Shown one piece after another: positions 54,273 through 61,952 of a stretch of DNA of 64,000 nucleotides. Position 1 is the first letter of the stretch. The number at the start of each line of letters is the position of its first letter. Location: positions 1 to 64,000 of the forward strand of contig JBFMAF010000055.1 in the NCBI GenBank assembly GCA_040755995.1, written 5' to 3'. Under the pieces are notes generated by a model. That model had not been told where the DNA came from and ran no database searches. It saw only the letters and a program-made list of their open reading frames with translations. The stretch is from Acidobacteriota bacterium. GTDB lineage: Bacteria; Acidobacteriota; CAIWXX01. A program made the translations under genes and the position numbers.

Positions 54273-55997
54273 TCATGCCATGTCGAGTCGCTTGACGTAG
54301 TTCTTGGAACCCTCGACGTACGACGACAACGGAGGCACCTCGTCGCGGTCGATTACACAGTCGATCACCGCAGGCCGCTTCGCCGCGATCGCTTTCGGCA
54401 GCATCTCCTTCAGCTCATTCGGCCTGGTGGCCCTGTAGCCGACGGCTCCGAACGCCTCGGCGATCTTGGCAAAATCGACGGGCTTGAAAGACGATGCGAC
54501 AGGTTCGATATTCACCATCTTCTGAATGTCATAGGCCATGCCCAGCTTCCCGTTGTTATGGATCACCCAGACCACGGGAATACCGTATTCGACGGCAGTC
54601 GCGATTTCCATCCCGTTCATCAGGAAGCAGCCGTCGCCGACCAGCGCCACCACGGGTCTGTCTTTGGCCGCCACTTTCCCGCCGATGGCTGCGGCCGTTG
54701 CGTAGCCCATCGGGAGCATTCCGAATGCGCATATGAAGCTGCCCGGCCGGCGGACCTTGAGATAGTGCACGGCCCAGTCGGCGTGATTTCCGGTATCGAC
54801 AAACAGTATCGCGTCTTCGGGAAGCGATGCTTCAAGCTCCTTGATGGTGCGCTGGGGCTTGAGCGGAACAGCCTCGGAAGTCATCTTCTCCGGCTCGAGA
54901 TACATCCCCACTTTCCGTCTCAGACTCTCCAACTCCCTCGCGCGTTCGTCCTTTCTCGCTTCGGATTCTCCCATGTACCTCAGGATCCGGAACGACATCT
55001 CGCTCACGACCGTCTGGGCGTCTCCGACCAGCGGGATGTCGGTCTTGTAGTTCTTGCCTATTTCGGTCGGGTCGATATTCACGTGGATGAGGCAGTCGGT
55101 CGGGGAGATCCTGGGGTCCCAGCTCATGGTAGTAAGCTGGTTGAGACTGGCGCCCACGACGAGCAATACGTCGGTCTTGCCCGACTCGATGTAGGCCTCC
55201 GCCAGCGGCGAGCCGCACAGGCCGATCACGCCGAGCGCCAGCGGGTGATCTTCAGGGAAAGCACCCTTGCCTTTTGGAGTAGTGGCCACGGGAATCCCGA
55301 GCATCTCCGCGAGCTCGACGATCTCTCCGGTGGCGCCCGAGACGACCGCGCCCGAGCCGACGATCATCGCGGGCGAACGGGCGGCGACGAGCTTCTTGGC
55401 CGCCTCGATGACGAGCGTGCGGTCGAAGTATTCCCGCGGATAGCGATAGGGTTGTGGAGGCCCGAGGTCGGCGGAAATCTCACCGCCGATCACGTCCTTC
55501 GGCATGCTCAGGTGGACCGGCCCCCGGCGACCGCTCATGGCGATCCTGATCGCCCCCTTGATCTCGTCCTCCATCTTGTACTTCGAAAGCACCATCGAGC
55601 TGTACTTCGTGATTGGATCGAATATCGCCACCGAGTCCACACCCTTCCTCGTCGAGTCCTGGAACGTGCCTTTGCCGTAGTCCAGAGTCGACACCTGTCC
55701 CGTCAGGACGACGATCGGGATGTTGTCGGTGTACGCCGTTGCGACACCCGTGACCAGGTTGGTCGCGCCGGGTCCCGAAGTGGCGTAGCATGCGCCGAGC
55801 GTGCCCTTGACTCGCGCGTACCCGTCGGCCATGAACGCGGCGCCTTCCTCGTGCTTCGTCAATATCGGCTTGATGTTCGGATTGCGATTGAACGCCGCCA
55901 GGAAAGGATTGAGTGCCGCCCCCGAGATTCCGAAGATATAGTCCACACCCTCGTTTTCCAGGTACTTCAGCAGGAGATCGGCCGCAGTCATCTTCAT
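54273..55997 (-). CDS. ThDP-dependent acetolactate synthase-like enzyme
   Basis: HEEGAAFMADGYAR, SGPGATN, KGAFPEDHPL, GDGCFLMNGME...HNN. Confidence 0.93.
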   Translation of the reverse strand: MKMTAADLLLKYLENEGVDYIFGISGAALNPFLAAFNRNPNIKPILTKHEEGAAFMADGYARVKGTLGACYATSGPGATNLVTGVATAYTDNIPIVVLTGQVSTLDYGKGTFQDSTRKGVDSVAIFDPITKYSSMVLSKYKMEDEIKGAIRIAMSGRRGPVHLSMPKDVIGGEISADLGPPQPYRYPREYFDRTLVIEAAKKLVAARSPAMIVGSGAVVSGATGEIVELAEMLGIPVATTPKGKGAFPEDHPLALGVIGLCGSPLAEAYIESGKTDVLLVVGASLNQLTTMSWDPRISPTDCLIHVNIDPTEIGKNYKTDIPLVGDAQTVVSEMSFRILRYMGESEARKDERARELESLRRKVGMYLEPEKMTSEAVPLKPQRTIKELEASLPEDAILFVDTGNHADWAVHYLKVRRPGSFICAFGMLPMGYATAAAIGGKVAAKDRPVVALVGDGCFLMNGMEIATAVEYGIPVVWVIHNNGKLGMAYDIQKMVNIEPVASSFKPVDFAKIAEAFGAVGYRATRPNELKEMLPKAIAAKRPAVIDCVIDRDEVPPLSSYVEGSKNYVKRLDMA

Positions 55998-56095
55998 GAT
56001 TCACCTCAGCTCGGATCGATGTTTCTGACTGCCGGCGATTTCAGCGGGACAGGGGCCTCGCTGAGGGTTGCCTGGCAGTACCTCGTTGCGGTGGC

Positions 56096-56180
56096 AACGT
56101 AGCACCGCGCTGGAGGTGAAGTCAACAAGGCGCCGCCCGTGACATACTCCTTGACAGCCTCGTGGATTCGCCCACATAAT
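56096..56180. promoter_or_regulatory. Back-to-back sigma70 promoters
   Basis: Minus: TTGACT-18-TACGTT (56125-56096). Plus: TTGACA-18-CATAAT (56151-56180). Confidence 0.6.
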
Positions 56181-56267
56181 GCCGCTTCTGGTTTCGACCA
56201 GGAGTAGCAGGGCATCAAGGAGTCGGTCGAAGCGGGCGAGTAGGCTGGACTCCCGGAGGATCGTCAA

Positions 56268-57839
56268 GTGGGCAATCAACTCTTTGCACGGAAGCCGCTC
56301 GAGCTGCTGCTCGAAGAGATGGCTGGTGAGCACAGGCTGCGTCGCATTCTCGGTCCGGTGCAGCTGTCGAGTCTCGGCATCGGAGCGATCGTCGGGACGG
56401 GGATCTTCGTTCTGACCGGCGTGGCAGCGCACGACAGGACCGGGCCGGCGCTGATGCTTTCGTTCGTCGTCTCCGGAGTTGCCTGCATCTTCGCGGCGCT
56501 GTGCTATGCGGAGTTCGCCTCTATGGCGCCTGTGGCGGGCTCAGCCTACACGTATGCCTACGCGACCTTGGGCGAGCTGTTCGCGTGGATCATCGGCTGG
56601 GACCTGGTGCTCGAATACGCGGTGGGCTCCTCCACGGTGGCGCACGGCTGGTCCCACTACTTCCAGGACTTCATCGGCATCCTGGGCTTCCACCTCCCCG
56701 CCTCTCTGAGGAACGCTCCGTTCGACTACGACATGGCCACCGGCAGACTCATTTCGACGGGCACGATTCTGGATCTGCCGGCCGTGGTCATCACGTTCGT
56801 CATCACTGCAATCCTTGTCAAAGGTATCAGAGAAAGCGCCAGCTTCAACGCCACGATGGTCATGCTGAAGGTATCCATCGTGATCTTCGTGATCGTCGTC
56901 GGAGCCTTCTACGTCAACCCCGCCAACTGGCACCCGTTTGCTCCGTTCGGACTTACGGGGATCAGCTTCTTCGGCAAGACCCTGGCGGGCCAGACGGGGC
57001 CGGGTGGCGAGCCAGTCGGCATGCTCGCCGGAGCCGCGATCATCTTTTTCGCATACATCGGATTCGATTCAGTGTCGACACACGCCGAGGAGGCTCGCAA
57101 GCCTCAGCGCGACGTACCAATCGGCATCGTCTCCTCCCTGATCATCTGCACGATACTCTACATCGCCGTCTCAGCCGTTCTGACGGGCATGGTACCGCAT
57201 GACCAGATCGATATCAGCGCGCCCGTGTCGAAGGCCTTCGAGAAAGTCGGACTGCACTGGGCGCAGTTCTTGATCTCACTTGGAGCCGTCGCGGGCATCA
57301 CGTCGGTTCTTCTGGTGATGATGTTGAGCCAGCCACGAGTCCTTCTGGCGATGGCTCGTGATGAGCTCATTCCCAAGAGCTTCTTCGGCGCGGTGCACCC
57401 GCGTTTTCGCACTCCATGGAAATCGACCATCTTGACCGGTCTGTTCGTCGCCTCTCTGGCGGCGTTCCTGCCGCTGCGGATTCTGGCCGAGCTGGTCAAC
57501 ATCGGGACCTTGCTGGCATTCACTATCGTCTGCGCCGCGGTGCTGATCATGCGAAGAACATACCCGGATGCTCAGCGGCCTTTCCGCGCTCCGTGGGTGC
57601 CCGTCGTGCCGATCCTCGGCATCCTCTCCTGCCTACTGCTCATGTTCTCGCTGCCAGCCGAGAACTGGCTGCGGCTCTTCGTCTGGCTCGCGATCGGCCT
57701 GCTCATCTACTTCTTCTATGGCCGGCGGCACAGCGTAATGGCCCGCTACATCGCACACGAGATTTCCGCCCACGGCGTGTCGCCGGCCGGGTCCCTCGCT
57801 ACCGACGTCGACGAGGATTTACCCGAAAGCAAGAAGTAG
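56268..57839 (+). CDS. APC-family amino acid permease (CAT/YhdG-like)
   Basis: GAIVGTGIF, LCYAEFAS..PVAGSAYTY, GWDLVLEY, FFAYIGFD, NIGTL. Confidence 0.96.
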   Translation: MGNQLFARKPLELLLEEMAGEHRLRRILGPVQLSSLGIGAIVGTGIFVLTGVAAHDRTGPALMLSFVVSGVACIFAALCYAEFASMAPVAGSAYTYAYATLGELFAWIIGWDLVLEYAVGSSTVAHGWSHYFQDFIGILGFHLPASLRNAPFDYDMATGRLISTGTILDLPAVVITFVITAILVKGIRESASFNATMVMLKVSIVIFVIVVGAFYVNPANWHPFAPFGLTGISFFGKTLAGQTGPGGEPVGMLAGAAIIFFAYIGFDSVSTHAEEARKPQRDVPIGIVSSLIICTILYIAVSAVLTGMVPHDQIDISAPVSKAFEKVGLHWAQFLISLGAVAGITSVLLVMMLSQPRVLLAMARDELIPKSFFGAVHPRFRTPWKSTILTGLFVASLAAFLPLRILAELVNIGTLLAFTIVCAAVLIMRRTYPDAQRPFRAPWVPVVPILGILSCLLLMFSLPAENWLRLFVWLAIGLLIYFFYGRRHSVMARYIAHEISAHGVSPAGSLATDVDEDLPESKK

Positions 57840-57863
57840 CCCGCCTGCGGCCCGTGGTGGAGC

Positions 57864-58805
57864 TCAACCGCAGGACTTCCGATGCCGTCGGCCCTGGCGC
57901 GTTACCCGTTGCCACAGGTTTCGGATGCGCTCGATCACGCGCTCCGCCGTCGTCTGCATCAGCGTGAACTCGACAACCGCAGCCGAGATACTGACGGCAT
58001 GGGATCCATACCGCTGCTTCAGATCATGGAGCCGGTCCATCACGAAGAGGTACAGGTCCGCCTCGGTTCGCTTCGGGAACTCCTCCAGAACACCGGTCTC
58101 TCGTATCGTGCCGACAACGGGGCGATACAGCGTGTCCCGCCATGACGCAACCGCCTCGTCCCAACCGATCGCCCTTCCCATGTCGACTCCGAGCAAGTAG
58201 CGGTGGACGCTGATGTGGTCCAGGAGGCGTTCGTATCCATTCGGCTCCGTGACACGATAGTCGTCGGGGTCCACAGGCACGAGCCCGGTTGCCTCCAGGA
58301 AATCCGCGAGCCCTTCCTTCATGAGGACCTCCTCGATCGAGGCATCTGGTGCGAGTGGCACCGGCGTCAGAAACTCCTTGACGTGCGCCTCGATGGCCGG
58401 CGCTTTCATGGACCTGGCCACGGAGACGCGATGATGGCCGTCGACCACGAAATACGCCTCCCCGACCCTGTACAGCTCGACAGCCGAGAAGCCCTTCGGT
58501 CCTTCCGCAAGTTCCCGCACGTCCTCCCACCGCTCCCGAAGCGCCTCCGCACGTGGCAAGAACGCGCGGTTGAACTCGTGTTCCCGCCCCCGCCCCAGTG
58601 TCCCGACCACCTGGTCCAGCGGCACCTCCATCACGCCACGGTCCACGATCCTCTTCAGCCGCAATCGCTCGCGCACGCGCTCGAACGACAACAGGTCACG
58701 CGGCCGCCGCGTGATATGCGTGATGATGTCTCGCATCAAGGCCCCGCGGCGCGCGGCATCGAACTGTGTCATGACAGGATCATCCCCGTTCACGCGGACG
58801 TGCAC
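57864..58805 (-). CDS. ParB/Srx-like N-terminal domain protein (DUF4032-associated type)
   Basis: VPLDQVVG, FNRAFLP, ELYRVGEAYFVVDGHHRVSVAR, LLDHISVHRY, FPKRTEADLYL; start uncertain. Confidence 0.8.
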   Translation of the reverse strand: MHVRVNGDDPVMTQFDAARRGALMRDIITHITRRPRDLLSFERVRERLRLKRIVDRGVMEVPLDQVVGTLGRGREHEFNRAFLPRAEALRERWEDVRELAEGPKGFSAVELYRVGEAYFVVDGHHRVSVARSMKAPAIEAHVKEFLTPVPLAPDASIEEVLMKEGLADFLEATGLVPVDPDDYRVTEPNGYERLLDHISVHRYLLGVDMGRAIGWDEAVASWRDTLYRPVVGTIRETGVLEEFPKRTEADLYLFVMDRLHDLKQRYGSHAVSISAAVVEFTLMQTTAERVIERIRNLWQRVTRQGRRHRKSCG

Positions 58806-58926
58806 GTGGACGGAAGCAGTGCAACCGGATTGCGCGGTCTCTCATGAAATCTTGCTCAGACGATCGCCTAAGGATAGCATAGAGCCCGGGGCGCTGAGGC
58901 GCCGCGGAACGAGTCAGGAGGCAACG

Positions 58927-60585
58927 ATGAACGCAGGTACCCGGTTGCTGCCATGTCTGGTCGCGTTGGCGACACTCGCAACAACGTGCGTGTGTAGCCA
59001 TCTCGCGGAGCCGAATCCGGTTCGGGCTTCCGGCCCGGTGCCGCAGTGGAAGAACGACTGGAGCCGTGGGGCGGTCTTCTACGAGGTCTTCGTCCGAAGC
59101 TACTACGATTCCAACGGGGACGGCATCGGCGATCTCAAGGGACTCATCGCCAAGCTCGACTACCTCAACGACGGCAAGCCGCAGACCTCGTCGGACCTGG
59201 GAGTGGATGCGCTGTGGCTCATGCCGATCTTCAAGTCGCCGAGCTATCACGGGTACGACGCGCTCGACTACCGGCAGGTCAACCCTGACTATGGGAAGAA
59301 CGCGGACATGGAACTGCTCCTGAAGGAGGCGCATCGGCGCGGCATCCGGGTCATACTCGACCTCGTCATGAATCACACAGGCTCCGATCACCCGTGGTTC
59401 GTCGAATCCTCCTCCTCGCCCGCCTCGGCGCGCCGAGAGTGGTATGTGTGGAGCAAGACGGATCCGGGCTGGATGCCGCCATGGGGAGGGACGAATCAGA
59501 CGTGGCATCCGAAGAACGGGTACTACTACTACGGGGTCTTCTGGAGCGGCATGCCGGACCTCAACTATCGCACGCAGGCTGTGCGCAAGGAGATGAAGCT
59601 CATCGCCAAGTACTGGCTGGGCAAGGGGGTCGATGGATTTCGCCTGGACGCAGCGCGGCATCTAATCGAAAACGGGGCAGGCCAGTCGCAGGTTGACACG
59701 CCGGAGACGCACGCATTCTGGAAGGAGCTCTCGACACACGTGCGCAAGGTCAAGCCCGAGGCGACGCTTGTTGGCGAGAACTGGACCGACACGCCGATCA
59801 TCGCAACCTACTTCGGCTCAACGGCTGTAGTGAAGGGCGGCGATGAGTTCCCGATGAACTTCGACTTTCCCCTGGCTTCGAGCATCATCCAGGGGGTCAA
59901 CGCGAGCAGGGCCACCGGCATTGCCGCCAAGATCGCCGAGGTGAAGTCGCTCTATCCCGCCGGATCTACCGACGCTCCGTTCCTGACCAATCACGACAAC
60001 GTGCGATTGGCGACGCAGCTGGGCGCCAACACGGGCAAGCTGAGGAATGCCGCGGCGATCCTGCTCACCGTGCCCGGCTCACCTTTCGTTTACTATGGCG
60101 AGGAGGTGGGCGTCCAGAACGGAACAACATCGGGCGACGAGGCGAAGCGGACGCCAATGCCATGGGATGCGAGCGACAAGGGCGGATTCACGACGGGAAC
60201 GCCGTGGTATCAGTTCGCGCCGGGCAAGGAAACGGCGAACGTCGCACTGCAGAAGAACGATCCGTCTTCCCTGCTCGCCATGTACCGCAACTTGATTGCG
60301 GCGCGAAAGAGATCCACGGCGCTCACGAAAGGCGGAATCGAGCTGCTGACGGCAACGACCGGCGCATCCTCGGTGCTCGCGTACGTGCGTACGGACGGCG
60401 CCGAGCGCGTGCTGGTCGCGCACAACCTCAGCGACACCTTCGCGGTCGGCGGCCCATACGCGATCAGCGCCACCACCGCCGAGAAGCTCTTCGCGTATCC
60501 GAGTGTGACGAATCCAACAGGCGGGCCCGGGTCCTGGAGCATCGCCCTCCCGCCCCGCGCCACCGGCGTCTGGCGGATGGAGTAG
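58927..60585 (+). CDS. Exported GH13 alpha-amylase family protein
   Basis: AGGAGG SD and signal peptide; DSNGDGIGDL, SYHGYD, DLVMNH, GFRLDAARH, GENW, FLTNHD. Confidence 0.95.
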   Translation: MNAGTRLLPCLVALATLATTCVCSHLAEPNPVRASGPVPQWKNDWSRGAVFYEVFVRSYYDSNGDGIGDLKGLIAKLDYLNDGKPQTSSDLGVDALWLMPIFKSPSYHGYDALDYRQVNPDYGKNADMELLLKEAHRRGIRVILDLVMNHTGSDHPWFVESSSSPASARREWYVWSKTDPGWMPPWGGTNQTWHPKNGYYYYGVFWSGMPDLNYRTQAVRKEMKLIAKYWLGKGVDGFRLDAARHLIENGAGQSQVDTPETHAFWKELSTHVRKVKPEATLVGENWTDTPIIATYFGSTAVVKGGDEFPMNFDFPLASSIIQGVNASRATGIAAKIAEVKSLYPAGSTDAPFLTNHDNVRLATQLGANTGKLRNAAAILLTVPGSPFVYYGEEVGVQNGTTSGDEAKRTPMPWDASDKGGFTTGTPWYQFAPGKETANVALQKNDPSSLLAMYRNLIAARKRSTALTKGGIELLTATTGASSVLAYVRTDGAERVLVAHNLSDTFAVGGPYAISATTAEKLFAYPSVTNPTGGPGSWSIALPPRATGVWRME

Positions 60586-60656
60586 TTGTAGCGGGCCCAC
60601 CGATCTGCGGACCCCGCGCCGCGCGGCACCGGCGCGCCTGGGTGGCCTGTGCGTCC

Positions 60657-61661
60657 CTACCGCGACGCAGGCTTGGTCTGCGACGCGGCGCCGCGGCCTG
60701 CCGGTATGACGCCGGGCAGACGAACCGGCCGTCCCGATCGGAGGTCGTAGTCGTTCAGGACCGCCTCCTGCTTCTTTCCTTCCGGGACGATGACGTCCAC
60801 GAGCGGAGGCAGCAAGTAGTCATCCTCACCCGCTCCGCCGAATCGATCCGCCCACGTGCCGTACGCGATCGGAATGATCATCAGCCTGGGAGCCGCGCCC
60901 TCGGTGATGTGGAGGATGCCGCCGACGTCGAGCTCCTGCTCGTAGTCTGCTCCCGAGACAGCCACCACGTAGCTCCACGACGCTTCAGCCTGCCCGCCCA
61001 GGAACATCGCCGGCACGAAAAAGCGGATGATCGGGCCGATCACGTTGATTCGGGTCGGGAAGAAGTACTTGGACGGCATCTCGGCCGCCAATCTCGCCGT
61101 AGCAAGATCAAGCTTGGCATCGTCAATACTCCCGTACATCGCCTTCATCTGCCTTTTGGCATTGGCCTTCATGATGCGCTGCAACGCTTCAGCAGCCTCG
61201 AAGGGACGCGGCGTCAGGCAGATCACCTTCTCCCAGGCGTTGGCCGAATCGATCTCGGCCAGCCGCCCGGGAAGCGTCATGACCTCTCCCGAGCCGTCAA
61301 CGCCGTCCTTGTCCACATAGATGTCGATGTTGAGTGTGTAGAAGTTGAAGCGGCACACGGTGTCGAGACTGCCGCCGCCCACGTCGATCGTGCGGCGATC
61401 GGTGGGCGCTATTTTCCGAGCGAACACCGCTTCGAACAGCGTCCCCTCCCCCTCGGGGCGCGCTGAAAACGAGATCAGGTCCAGATCGCCGGGGTGCAGA
61501 TCGTCTCGCATCGGATAGATGAGCTTCCCGTTCCCGTGATCATCACCGCGTGGATCGTCCAACACGAAGATCGGAGCAGCCTCCCTGGCGCTCATCCACC
61601 CGGACGAGACCACGATCAGAAGCAGTGCCACTGGAATCGACCTACATCCCAACTCCCTCAC
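60657..61661 (-). CDS. Exported glucodextranase DOMON-like domain protein
   Basis: Signal peptide; DDPRGDDHGNG..YP, LDLISF, NIDIYVD, PGR..AWEK, PPLVDVIVP. Confidence 0.8.
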   Translation of the reverse strand: MRELGCRSIPVALLLIVVSSGWMSAREAAPIFVLDDPRGDDHGNGKLIYPMRDDLHPGDLDLISFSARPEGEGTLFEAVFARKIAPTDRRTIDVGGGSLDTVCRFNFYTLNIDIYVDKDGVDGSGEVMTLPGRLAEIDSANAWEKVICLTPRPFEAAEALQRIMKANAKRQMKAMYGSIDDAKLDLATARLAAEMPSKYFFPTRINVIGPIIRFFVPAMFLGGQAEASWSYVVAVSGADYEQELDVGGILHITEGAAPRLMIIPIAYGTWADRFGGAGEDDYLLPPLVDVIVPEGKKQEAVLNDYDLRSGRPVRLPGVIPAGRGAASQTKPASR

Positions 61662-61836
61662 GACCTACCTCCCTTCGTTCCTGAACCCCACCGATCCTCA
61701 GAGAGTGCCTTCCTCCGCTCAGCGCCCTCCAGCCCATGTGCTATTCTACCACCGCCCTGCTCTCACGGTGCCCGTCAATGGTGGTGGGGCCTGCAGAGGC
61801 CCCGCGTCGGGCACGACCAGCCGCACGACTCCTCCG

Positions 61837-61892
61837 CAACTGCCAACTGCCAACCGTCAACTGCCAACTGCCGACCGACAACTGTCAATTCG
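61837..61892 (+). repeat. Heptamer tandem repeat (CAACTGC-like) x8
   Basis: CAACTGC CAACTGC CAACCGT CAACTGC CAACTGC CGACCGA CAACTGT CAATTCG. Confidence 0.8.
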
Positions 61893-61952
61893 ACCTCAAG
61901 GGCCCGGCAGCCGAAGCCGCCGGGCCCTTGATAGCTGGCCTGTGCTCTGCGT

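Noticed and set aside
54558..56102. 514-aa ORF on the + strand
   Set aside because: Antisense shadow of the ThDP enzyme.
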